The notes beneath the pieces were generated by a model. The model was given only the letters and a program-made list of their open reading frames with translations, ran no database searches and was not told where the DNA came from. From Armatimonadia bacterium (lineage in GTDB: Bacteria; Armatimonadota; Zipacnadia; UBA1398), in NCBI GenBank assembly GCA_014730065.1, contig WJIW01000269.1, forward strand, positions 1 to 57,193: 57,193 bases of DNA, read 5' to 3'. Every line of letters begins with the position of its first letter. Positions within the stretch are counted from its first letter, which is position 1. A program made the position numbers and the translations under genes. Positions 26,243-33,839 of the stretch are shown here, piece after piece.

Positions 26243-27499
26243 ATGCGAGTCATCGAGCTGTACAATCCCCACGTCCACTCGGTCTGCTACTCGGTGCACG
26301 TCGCTGCCGGGTCCCTGACCGACTCCCTGAGCCGCCCAGGAGCGGCCCTCCTCACCCAGCGCATGGTGCTGGAGGCCGAGACCCACGACTTCCACCGCCG
26401 CTCCCCCGCCGGCCGCATCTGCAATGGAGCGGTAGCCCCCGCCGAGGCCTTCGTCTATGTCCACGGCCACCGGCTCAACGGCGCCGAGATCGCCGACATC
26501 GTGCCCAGCTTCCTGGGGGAGCCCAGCTTCGAGCCCGAGGTACTCGAGCGCGAGCGAGCCATGCTGTGGGACACCCTTCCCGACACCGCCGAGGCCTCCC
26601 TGGATGTGGGTGAGCTCATCAACCGGATCCTGATCCAGCCCGACCTCAACTGGAGTACCTTCGGTGGGCGTGATTCCGTGGGGACGCTGACCGTGGAGGA
26701 CGTGGAGGACCGCTTCGACGAGTGCTGGCTCGATGGCAATGTGGTGCTCTCGGTGGCCGGGGCTTACAAGCGCGCCGACCTGGATCGCTGCGTGGACTCC
26801 CTCACCCGGATCCTGGATCGGCGCCGGCCTGCCACCCTGGGGCCCCCGACCGATGTCCTCACCAGTGGACGCAAGATGGCCATCGCCCCTGTGAGCGATG
26901 ACCGGTTCTCCCTGCATCTGCTGTTCCCGTGCTGCGGCGTCGACGACCCCCAAGCGCCCCTGGTGCAGATCCTGGACGTGATCGTGGGCGACGGGCCCGA
27001 CAGCAGGGTGCGGAGGCGCCTATCGTGGGAGTCCGGGCTGGCCGAATCGGCGGGATCGCAGCCATGGGTGCTCGGGGACCGTATCATCCTGGAGGTCTCG
27101 GTGGAGGGATCGGTGGAGCGGCTTGCGGAGATCATCAAGGTCTTCGTGCGCACCGTGGAGTCGCTGCTTCTGGACCCGCCGGAGGTCGATGAGGTCCACG
27201 AGGCCCGCAAGACCCTAAGGTGCCTGCGGGACTTCCAGCTCGATGACCCCCAGTCGGCGGCCCCCGCCCGTGGCTCCCAGTACTTCGCCAGCCGTCTGGA
27301 GAGCGCCGAGGAGCTGGACGAGCGGATCACCCGGCCCGCCCACGTTACCCCCGATGACATACATCAGGTGGCAGAGCAGGCCCTAGGCTGGGACAACCTG
27401 TCGGTCCTGTACGTCGGCCCCCAGAACTCCACCGTCGACGCGATCCTCACCAACACCTGGACCTGCCTGGATGTGGAGATCTGGGACGGCAGCATGTAG
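26243..27499 (+). CDS. M16 (pitrilysin/insulinase) family homologue lacking the HxxEH zinc motif (probably non-catalytic)
   Basis: The size (418 aa) and N-terminal pattern VHSVCYSVHVAAGSLTDSLSRPGAALLTQRMVLE align with the M16 pattern v.v.aGs..E....G.aHflEHm.f. The HxxEH position reads LLTQR. Confidence 0.5.
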   Translation: MRVIELYNPHVHSVCYSVHVAAGSLTDSLSRPGAALLTQRMVLEAETHDFHRRSPAGRICNGAVAPAEAFVYVHGHRLNGAEIADIVPSFLGEPSFEPEVLERERAMLWDTLPDTAEASLDVGELINRILIQPDLNWSTFGGRDSVGTLTVEDVEDRFDECWLDGNVVLSVAGAYKRADLDRCVDSLTRILDRRRPATLGPPTDVLTSGRKMAIAPVSDDRFSLHLLFPCCGVDDPQAPLVQILDVIVGDGPDSRVRRRLSWESGLAESAGSQPWVLGDRIILEVSVEGSVERLAEIIKVFVRTVESLLLDPPEVDEVHEARKTLRCLRDFQLDDPQSAAPARGSQYFASRLESAEELDERITRPAHVTPDDIHQVAEQALGWDNLSVLYVGPQNSTVDAILTNTWTCLDVEIWDGSM

Positions 27500-27534
27500 G
27501 CCGCCGCGCGCCCGCCCCACCCCGTACATGAAGA

Positions 27535-27606
27535 GAGGCGCCTACCCGGAATGCTGGTGTCTGGTGTCTGGTATGGGGGTGTAGGATGGGGCCGGGTAGG
27601 CGCCTC
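27535..27606. repeat. Hairpin element 1: perfect 15-bp inverted repeat around a 42-nt G/T-rich loop
   Basis: GAGGCGCCTACCCGG (27535-27549) pairs with CCGGGTAGGCGCCTC (27592-27606). The loop is AATGCTGGTGTCTGGTGTCTGGTATGGGGGTGTAGGATGGGG, with the heptad CTGGTGT/CTGGTGT/CTGGTAT at 27554-27574. Confidence 0.6.
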
Positions 27607-27738
27607 GTCTGATTAGTAGAATACCAGCCCAGGCCGCTCCGGGAGCACCTTGGGGGCCGGATGCCGTATTTGGATGCCAAACGTGAGGAATCTGTGTCTG
27701 AAACCCTTGGCTGCGCGGCGGGGTGGGAAGAGAAGGAA

Positions 27739-27804
27739 CGTCCATCCGACGGCGGTTAGGGTGTCTGGTGTGTTGGGGGGGTGTGTGGGGCCGCCGGATG
27801 GACG
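27739..27804. repeat. Hairpin element 2: same loop family as element 1, unrelated stem
   Basis: CGTCCATCCG[ACG]GCGG (27739-27755) pairs with CCGCCGGATGGACG (27791-27804): 10 + 4 bp with a 3-nt bulge. The 35-nt loop is TTAGGGTGTCTGGTGTGTTGGGGGGGTGTGTGGGG. It shares GGTGTCTGGTGT, GGGGGTGT and a terminal GGGG with loop 1, in the same order. Confidence 0.6.
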
Positions 27805-27991
27805 CTAGCGCACTCTGCGCCGTCTACGCCCGGCCTGTCAAGATTCCCTCCCCGAATCCGAAATATTGTGCACTTTTTCCGGGTCGATGGTCAGGGCGGA
27901 TCTGGTAGGAGGGGCTTAAGCCGGGGCGGGGCTGGGCCCAGCCCGCGCCCCGGCGAGGCGAAGCAGCCCACACGGGGCCGCAGCGCCTCTC

Positions 27992-28002
27992 GACACCAGA
28001 CA
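27992..28002. repeat. Third, inverted copy of the 11-nt loop core
   Basis: GACACCAGACA is the exact reverse complement of TGTCTGGTGTC at 27558-27568, and matches 10/11 with 27762-27772. Confidence 0.5.
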
Positions 28003-28092
28003 TAGGGTTGATGCCACGCGGCCACGGCCCAGCCACAACGAATCGCCGGCGATTTGGGCCCAAAGCGGCCGATTTCTGGTCCGGCGCCCCGT

Positions 28093-28776
28093 CTAAGCCA
28101 GCTCCATGCTCTCACCGGGCACCAGAACCGTGACCTCGGCCAGGTCGCCCACCTTGTCCGCGAACTCGTCCGGATCGGCCTCGATCACATCGAAGGTGTT
28201 GAAGTGGATCGGCACGACCTGGGCTGGCTTGATCATCTTGACCGCCTCCACGGCATCGTCGATCCCCATGGTGAAGTTGTCACCGATGGGCAGGAACGCC
28301 AGGTCGATATTGTGCAGCCGGCCGATCAGCTCCATGTCCATCATCAGGCCCGTATCGCCGGGGTGGTAGATGGTCTTCCCGCCCAGGGTGATGATCCCGC
28401 CCGTGGGATTGCCCATGTAGATGGGCGGATCGCTCATCTTCGCCGACCCGTGGAGCGCCGGGGTGAGCTTAAGGGTGAACCAGCCGAAATCGCGCTTACC
28501 CCCGATATGCATCGGGTGGGCCTCACAGCCGTGCTTCTGGCAGTACGTGGCCAGCTCGAAGCACGCGACCACTAAGCAGCCGGTACGCTGGGCGATGTTC
28601 ACCCCATCGCCCACATGGTCGTCGTGGCCGTGGGTTAGGTAGATGGCGTCGGGGTTGAGCTCCGAGGCCTGGACCGCGGCCTGGGGATTGCCCGATAGGA
28701 AGGGGTCCACCAGTAGGGTCTTGCCGTCGGCCTCCAGAGAAACAGCGGAGTGTCCGAGGAAAGTGATGTTGACCAC
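28093..28776 (-). CDS. UPF0173 metal-dependent hydrolase (metallo-beta-lactamase fold, YtkL-like)
   Basis: The GTG at 28776 lies 9 nt after GAGAGGA. MVNITFLGHSAVSLEADGKTLLVDPFLSGNP...AIYLTHGHDDHVGD carries the H-x-H-x-D-H motif and the family-typical N-terminus. Length 227 aa. Confidence 0.85.
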   Translation of the reverse strand: MVNITFLGHSAVSLEADGKTLLVDPFLSGNPQAAVQASELNPDAIYLTHGHDDHVGDGVNIAQRTGCLVVACFELATYCQKHGCEAHPMHIGGKRDFGWFTLKLTPALHGSAKMSDPPIYMGNPTGGIITLGGKTIYHPGDTGLMMDMELIGRLHNIDLAFLPIGDNFTMGIDDAVEAVKMIKPAQVVPIHFNTFDVIEADPDEFADKVGDLAEVTVLVPGESMELA

Positions 28777-28911
28777 GGTTGCTCATCCTCTCGGTAGAGT
28801 GTGTAATATCGGCCTGAGGCCCTGGCGACAGCATAAGGGTGTTCGCCCCCGGCGGGGGGCCTCCCTTGGCGACCCCGAAGAGGGCCGAGCCGTGATGCGG
28901 AGGACGAGTCA

Positions 28912-29703
28912 GTGAAGGTGGTCATCCTGTGTGGAGGGCGCGGGCTCAGGCTCACGGGCCGCGAGCCCACCCTGCCCAAGCCCATGGTGGAGATCGGCGG
29001 GCGGCCCATCCTGTGGCATGTGATGATGGGCTATGCCCACTACGGGTTCCGCGAGTTCGTCCTCTGTCTCGGCCACCTGGGCGAGGCGATCAAGGAGTAC
29101 TTCGTGGCCCGGGAGGCCTGGCGGGACGCCGATGTGCGGCTCCGCATCGGGCAAGGCGAGACCCGGCGCCTGGAGCTCCAGAACTCCCACCATGCCGAGA
29201 ACTTCGACATCATCTTCGCCGATACGGGTAACGAGACCCCCAGTGGCGAGCGCCTCCTGCGCGTCGCCGACTACCTCGATGATGAGGATTTCTTCTGCAC
29301 CTACTGCGATGGTCTGTGGAACTCCGACCCGCGCCGAGAGCTGGAGTTCCACCGGAGCCACGGCAAGCTGGCCACCGCCACCGCCGTCCGCGCGCCCTCG
29401 TCCTTCGGCATGCTCGATCTGGCCAGCGATGACGAGATCAAGGAATTCCGCGAGAAGCCCCTGGTCGACCAGTGGATCAACGGGGGGTTCTTCGTCATGT
29501 CCCGCGCCGTGCTCGACGAGATCCGGCCGGGCGATGCCCTGGAGAGCGATGTGCTCACCCGCCTGGCCGATGAGGGTCAGTTGATGGGGTTCCGTCACAC
29601 CGGGTTCTGGCAGTGCATGGATACCTACAAGGAGCAGGAAGAGCTGGACGCCCTCTGGCGGCGCGGCGAGGCCCCCTGGAACGTATGGGGGGGAGGCCGA
29701 TGA
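28912..29703 (+). CDS. rfbF: Glucose-1-phosphate cytidylyltransferase
   Basis: The GTG at 28912 lies 7 nt after GGAGGA. MKVVILCGGRGLRLTG...LPKPMVEIGGRPILWHVMMGYAHYGFREFVLCLGHLGEAIKEYF ... GFWQCMDTYKEQEELDALWRRGEAPW is near-collinear with Salmonella RfbF as I recall it. Confidence 0.88.
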   Translation: MKVVILCGGRGLRLTGREPTLPKPMVEIGGRPILWHVMMGYAHYGFREFVLCLGHLGEAIKEYFVAREAWRDADVRLRIGQGETRRLELQNSHHAENFDIIFADTGNETPSGERLLRVADYLDDEDFFCTYCDGLWNSDPRRELEFHRSHGKLATATAVRAPSSFGMLDLASDDEIKEFREKPLVDQWINGGFFVMSRAVLDEIRPGDALESDVLTRLADEGQLMGFRHTGFWQCMDTYKEQEELDALWRRGEAPWNVWGGGR

Positions 29704-30725
29704 TCGGCCCCATCCTCGTAACCGGCGCCTCGGGCTTCATTGGCTCCCATCTGGCCCGATCGTGCGTCGACCTGGGGCATCGGGTGGTGGTCATCGAGCG
29801 CGACGCCACCAAGCTCTCGGGCCTGGACATACAAGGCGTCCGCGGCAAGTCGGACATCGTCCACGGTGACGTGACCGACCAGGCCCTCCTGACGCGGACC
29901 CTGGTGGAATACGACATCCGCACTGTCTACCATCTGGCTGCCCAAGCCCTGGTGGGGGTTGCGAACCGGTCGGCGGCGTCCACAATGGACACAAACGTGC
30001 GCGGGACGTGGGCCTTGCTGGAGGCCTGCCGGGCCATGGACCGGCGGATCCGGGCCATTGTGGTCGCCTCCAGCGACAAGGCCTATGGCGACCAGGAGCA
30101 GCTTCCGTATTGTGAGGACATGTCGCCCCTGGACGCGGTGTACCCGTACGACGTCTCCAAAGCCTGCGCCGATCTTATCGCTCGCTCGTACGCGCGGACC
30201 TACCGGCTGCCCGTCGTAGTCACCCGCTGCGCCAACGTGTACGGACCGGGCGATCCGAATCTCTCCCGGCTCGTGCCCGAGGTCGCGCTGGCGGCCGCTC
30301 GGGGCGTGGCCCCGGTGATCCGGAGCGACGGCTCGCCCGAGCGCGATTACCTGTACATCGACGACTGCCTGCGGGCCTACCACCTCCTGGCCGATAGCGC
30401 CACGAAGGAAGGCGTGCGGGGCGAGGCCTTCAACGTGGGTACGGGGGTGCCCATCTCGGTGATGAAGCTGGTGGTGACGGCCCTGGAGGCCGGTGGCCGG
30501 CCGGAGATCGAGCCCGTCATCAAGGGTCAGGCCACCAACGAGATCGACCGTCAGTACCTGGACTGCGCCAAGATCCAGGCCCGGCTGGGCTATACTCCCG
30601 AGTGGGCCCTGGAGGAGGGTCTCCGGGCCACCGTTCGGTGGTACGCCGATCACCTCGATCTGTTCGTGCCCCGAGGTCCAAATGGCGAGCCCTCCGGTGA
30701 GGCCGATGAGGAGGGCTCGGAGTGA
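29700..30725 (+). CDS. rfbG: NAD-dependent sugar 4,6-dehydratase of the extended SDR family, most likely CDP-glucose 4,6-dehydratase
   Basis: The ATG at 29700 overlaps the rfbF stop (ATGA). ILVTGASGFIGSHL is the Rossmann motif. SSDKAYG and YPYDVSKACAD give the S / YxxxK triad. RCANVYGPGDPNLSRLVPE resembles the RfbG pattern R.gNViGGGD. The symbol rests on these motifs plus coupling to rfbF. Confidence 0.6.
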   Translation: MIGPILVTGASGFIGSHLARSCVDLGHRVVVIERDATKLSGLDIQGVRGKSDIVHGDVTDQALLTRTLVEYDIRTVYHLAAQALVGVANRSAASTMDTNVRGTWALLEACRAMDRRIRAIVVASSDKAYGDQEQLPYCEDMSPLDAVYPYDVSKACADLIARSYARTYRLPVVVTRCANVYGPGDPNLSRLVPEVALAAARGVAPVIRSDGSPERDYLYIDDCLRAYHLLADSATKEGVRGEAFNVGTGVPISVMKLVVTALEAGGRPEIEPVIKGQATNEIDRQYLDCAKIQARLGYTPEWALEEGLRATVRWYADHLDLFVPRGPNGEPSGEADEEGSE

Positions 30726-31420
30726 GCCACCCCGCGCCCGCCCTGACCGTCATCATCCCCGCCTACAACGAAATCGGCACCATCGAGGCGATCATCCAGC
30801 GGGTGCGGGCGCTGGAGATCGACAAGGAGATCATCGTCGTCGATAACTGCTCCACCGACGGCACGCGGGAGATCCTGGAGAAGATGCCGGAGGAGGATGG
30901 CATGGCGGTGGTTCTGCAGCCGGAGAACTACGGCAAGGGCACCTCGGTTCGGGCGGGGATCGAGCGGGCCCGGGGCGAGTTCGTGGTCTGCCAGGACGCC
31001 GACCTGGAGTACGATCCCCAGGACATCCCGCGGCTCCTAGAGGTCGCCAAGAAGGGCGCCGATGCCGTCTTCGGTACCCGACTCAGCGACCGAGCCCGCA
31101 GGGAGGGCGGCAACACCCTCTTCTCCGCAGGCCGCCGCTGGGTCACTACCTGGTTCAACCTGGTCTTCGGCGCCCGGCTGACCGATGTATCGACTTGCTA
31201 CAAGATGATGAGAACCGAGGTTATCAGGGACATCCCCCTGGTGGGCGGCGGCTTCGACCTGGACTTCGAGATCCCCGCCAAGCTGCGCAAGGCCGGCGTG
31301 GAGATCGTCGAGGTGCCCGTGTCCTACGATCCAAGGGACTTCGAGGCGGGCAAGAAGATCAACTGGCGCGATGGCCTGAAAGCCATGTGGACGATCCTCA
31401 AGTTTCGGTTTGGGGGATAG
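30722..31420 (+). CDS. Family 2 glycosyltransferase (polyprenol-phosphate hexosyltransferase-like)
   Basis: The GTG at 30722 overlaps the upstream stop (GTGA). LTVIIPAYNEIGTIEAIIQRV...IIVVDNCSTDGTREIL...VCQDADLEYDP carries the GT-A DxD motif. The size (232 aa) fits DPM1/GtrB-like enzymes. Confidence 0.8.
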   Translation: MSHPAPALTVIIPAYNEIGTIEAIIQRVRALEIDKEIIVVDNCSTDGTREILEKMPEEDGMAVVLQPENYGKGTSVRAGIERARGEFVVCQDADLEYDPQDIPRLLEVAKKGADAVFGTRLSDRARREGGNTLFSAGRRWVTTWFNLVFGARLTDVSTCYKMMRTEVIRDIPLVGGGFDLDFEIPAKLRKAGVEIVEVPVSYDPRDFEAGKKINWRDGLKAMWTILKFRFGG

Positions 31421-31453
31421 GGTCGGCTGTTCGCTACCTGCCCTCGCCTCGAT

Positions 31454-31482
31454 CCTCTCCCATTCCTGCGGAACGGGAGAGG
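31454..31482 (+). terminator. Hairpin downstream of the GT2 gene (weak terminator candidate)
   Basis: CCTCTCCC (31454-31461) pairs with GGGAGAGG (31475-31482), with a 13-nt loop and no U-tract. Confidence 0.25.
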
Positions 31483-31496
31483 AAGCCGTGCGGGAA

Positions 31497-31538
31497 CCCC
31501 CTGTGGTCCCCCTTCGGGCTGAAGGGGGACGGGGTGGG
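31497..31538. repeat. 42-nt intergenic hairpin repeat, copy 1
   Basis: CCCCCTGTGGTCCCCCTTCGGGCTGAAGGGGGACGGGGTGGG. The internal stem CCCCCTTC/GAAGGGGG closes a small loop. Confidence 0.65.
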
Positions 31539-31633
31539 AGACGTACTCTGGGGTGGGCGGCTGTCTGCTGGGTGGAGGCGGGCCTCCGTGCCCGCCGGGA
31601 CTGGCGCATGGACGGAAGGGGGAGCTCGGCGGG

Positions 31634-31675
31634 CCCCCTGTAGTCCTCCTTCGGTGGAAGGGCGATGGGGTGGGG
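31634..31675. repeat. 42-nt intergenic hairpin repeat, copy 2
   Basis: CCCCCTGTAGTCCTCCTTCGGTGGAAGGGCGATGGGGTGGGG. Same orientation, 137 nt downstream of copy 1, roughly 80% identical by eye, with internal stem CCTTC/GAAGG. Confidence 0.65.
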
Positions 31676-31689
31676 CACCGGCGCCGCCT

Positions 31690-31718
31690 TTGACCCCGCT
31701 CACCCGCCCGGCTAGAAT
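31690..31718 (+). promoter_or_regulatory. Candidate sigma-70-type promoter for the kinase-like gene
   Basis: TTGACC (31690-31695), 17 nt, TAGAAT (31713-31718). This is the best -35/-10 match I found in the window, 41 nt upstream of the ATG at 31759. Confidence 0.5.
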
Positions 31719-31758
31719 GCCTTCATCCCTCGGCTGAAGTCGGGCCCCCGGTGATCCG

Positions 31759-32436
31759 ATGAACCAGCAGGCTCCCCTTCAACTAACTCGCCGCGAGTTG
31801 GAGGCGCTCCAGGCCGCCGACGCCATACCCCTCGATCGCGACAAGAGCGCAGACCTCCGAGTCATCGAGATCGATGGCCAGCGCGCTGTCCTGAAGGACT
31901 TCGCCCATCGGTCGTGGCTGTGGCGGATCATCGGCCCGTGGGTGGTGGGGCGAGAGACGCGGGCACTCAGGGCGCTTGAGGGCAAGGCGCCCGTGCCCAA
32001 GCTGCTCGGGCGCATCGACCGCTACGCGTACCTCATGGAGTTCGTGGAAGGCGAGCCGTGCAACCATCTCGATGCCGACACGATTACCCCCCGGTTCTTC
32101 GAGCGGGTGTCGGAAGCCATCGCCAGCCTGCACCGGGCGGGCTGGGTGCACTGTGACCTGAAGTCCTTCGGCAACCTGATTCGGGGGCCGGAGGATCGGA
32201 TCTGTATCACCGACTTCGCCACTGCTTTCCCGCGAGAGGGATTCGCCGGACCCCTGCGCCGATGGCTCTTCGAGCGAATGGCCAAAGTGGATCGGCTGGC
32301 CCTGGCGAAGCTGAAGAAGTCGCTGATCCCCGAGCTGCTCACCGAGGAGGAGGCCCATGGGCTGGCTCACCCTTCGGTCCCTGTGCGCATCGCGCGGGGA
32401 TGGCGTAAGCTATATCGTTGGCTGCGCCGGAGATAG
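31759..32436 (+). CDS. Lipopolysaccharide-kinase (Kdo/WaaP) / RIO-like protein kinase family protein
   Basis: AVLKDF provides a candidate VAIK-like Lys. LHRAGWVHCDLKSFGNLI is an HxDLKxxN catalytic loop, and ICITDFATAF is DFG-like. The size (225 aa) fits PF06293-type kinases. Confidence 0.55.
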   Translation: MNQQAPLQLTRRELEALQAADAIPLDRDKSADLRVIEIDGQRAVLKDFAHRSWLWRIIGPWVVGRETRALRALEGKAPVPKLLGRIDRYAYLMEFVEGEPCNHLDADTITPRFFERVSEAIASLHRAGWVHCDLKSFGNLIRGPEDRICITDFATAFPREGFAGPLRRWLFERMAKVDRLALAKLKKSLIPELLTEEEAHGLAHPSVPVRIARGWRKLYRWLRRR

Positions 32437-32460
32437 AGTCGGCGTCGCGGGAGGCACTGG

Positions 32461-33057
32461 ATGGAGATCCTCTGGGTCGTACTATTCTGCATCGGATTGC
32501 TCGCGGGGCTGATCGCCACTGCCTTCGGCCTGCCCGGCACCTTCGTGGTGCTCGTCTCGGTTCTGATCGTCTCGATCTCGACGGGGTTCGCCGTCGGCCC
32601 CGTCTGGCTGCTGGTGGTTCTCGCCCTACTGGCCGTGGGCACCGAAGTGGCCGACGCAGCCCTATCGGCATGGGCGGTCAAGCGGTTCGAGGGTTCGGGC
32701 CGGGGCCAGGTGGGAGCGGTGTTCCTGGGCCTGGTGGGCGCCATGCTGGGGGGCACGGTGACCTCGGTCCTGGCGGCCATGGGCATCGTGGTCGGTCCCG
32801 TAGTCGCCGTGCTGATCTTCATCATCGGCCCCATCGTGGGCGGGGGCCTCGGCGGGTTCGCCGGCGCCATGCTGGGCGAGATGACCCACGGCCGGCCCCG
32901 GGACGAGGCCATCCGGGCCGGCTGGGGCGCCTTCTGGGGACGCACCGTGGGGACCCTCATCAAGATCATCGTCTGTACCATCATGGCCGGCATCTCGGCA
33001 TGGATCGTCATACCCGGGCTGCTCGGGATCGGCGAGGCGGGCGCTGCACCCTCATGA
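32461..33057 (+). CDS. DUF456-family integral membrane protein
   Basis: ATG at 32461 lies 6 nt after GGGAGG. Four to five TM helices. GLPGTFVVL...LLAVGTEVADAALSAWAVKRFEGSGRG...GGGLGGFAGAMLGE matches my memory of DUF456 (YqgC-like) proteins. Confidence 0.7.
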   Translation: MEILWVVLFCIGLLAGLIATAFGLPGTFVVLVSVLIVSISTGFAVGPVWLLVVLALLAVGTEVADAALSAWAVKRFEGSGRGQVGAVFLGLVGAMLGGTVTSVLAAMGIVVGPVVAVLIFIIGPIVGGGLGGFAGAMLGEMTHGRPRDEAIRAGWGAFWGRTVGTLIKIIVCTIMAGISAWIVIPGLLGIGEAGAAPS

Positions 33058-33812
33058 ACGCCCGCGAGCTGAGGCGGATGTACGAGCTGGAGTCCACCTA
33101 CTGGTGGTTCGTGGGCCGTCGTCACGTGATCCGGGCCTGGCTGGAGCGGCTGGCGGCCGGCCTCCCCGACTCGCCGAGGATCCTGGACGTAGGATGCGGT
33201 ACCGGTGGCAACGCCTTGCTGCTTCAGGAGTTCGGCCGGGTGACGGGAGTCGATGTGGCCGAGACGGCCCTCGAATTCTGCCGCGAGCGGGGCATGGAGG
33301 ATCTCGCTAGGTGCTCCGCCGACGATCTCCAGGCTCCCGACGAGTCCTTCGATCTGGTCACGTCCTTCGAGGTCTTCGAGCATGTGGAGGACCACGCCCG
33401 GGCGGCGCGGGAGGCGGCCCGGGTCCTCAAGCCGGGGGGCAAGCTACTGGTCACGGTCCCTGCCTACCAGTGGCTGTGGAGCGATCACGACGTGGCTCTG
33501 GGGCACCGGCGGAGGTACTCGCGGCGGGAGCTGGTGGGGCTCCTGGAGGCGGCGGGGCTGGAGGTCGAGCGCCTGTCCCACTGCGTCAGCTTCCTGCTGC
33601 CGCTGACGGTCCTGTTCCGCTGGGGCCAGCGGCTCGTGCGGAAGATCAAGCCCACCACAGGTGAGCCCCAGTCCGGTCTGGTTCTGCTTCCCCGCCCCAT
33701 CAGCTTCCTGTTCGCGTGGAGCCTTCGACTGGAGGCGGCTCTGCTCCGGTACATGGACTTGCCCTGGGGCGTGACCCTGATCGCTCAGGCGGCCAGGAAG
33801 CCCATCGAGTGA
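33054..33812 (+). CDS. Class I SAM-dependent methyltransferase
   Basis: The ATG at 33054 overlaps the DUF456 stop (ATGA). ILDVGCGTGGNALLL is motif I. FDLVTSFEVFEHVED and LKPGGKLLVTVP are motifs II/III. Confidence 0.8.
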   Translation: MNARELRRMYELESTYWWFVGRRHVIRAWLERLAAGLPDSPRILDVGCGTGGNALLLQEFGRVTGVDVAETALEFCRERGMEDLARCSADDLQAPDESFDLVTSFEVFEHVEDHARAAREAARVLKPGGKLLVTVPAYQWLWSDHDVALGHRRRYSRRELVGLLEAAGLEVERLSHCVSFLLPLTVLFRWGQRLVRKIKPTTGEPQSGLVLLPRPISFLFAWSLRLEAALLRYMDLPWGVTLIAQAARKPIE

Positions 33813-33839
33813 AGGTGCCGAGACTCCCGGGCCCTAATC

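Noticed and set aside
27500-28092. Known housekeeping RNAs (tmRNA, SRP/4.5S, RNase P, 6S) or a small protein gene in the long intergenic region
   Set aside because: I found no GGGGCUGAU-type tmRNA 5' end or tRNA-like 3' end, no SRP GGAA/AGCA domain-IV motif in context, and no RNase P GGAAAGUCCGGGC motif. 6S RNA cannot be excluded by eye. All ORFs there (27447-27680, 27542-27745, 27723-27908, 27781-28005, 27824-28063) are R/P/G-rich and lack an SD.
32367-33395. 342-aa minus-strand ORF and the 464-aa plus-strand ORF 32418..33812 spanning DUF456 and the methyltransferase
   Set aside because: The minus ORF is antisense junk. The first 212 codons of the 464-aa ORF are Arg/Gly/Pro-rich and out of frame with the well-supported DUF456 gene. 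Only the part from the ATG at 33054 carries SAM-methyltransferase motifs.
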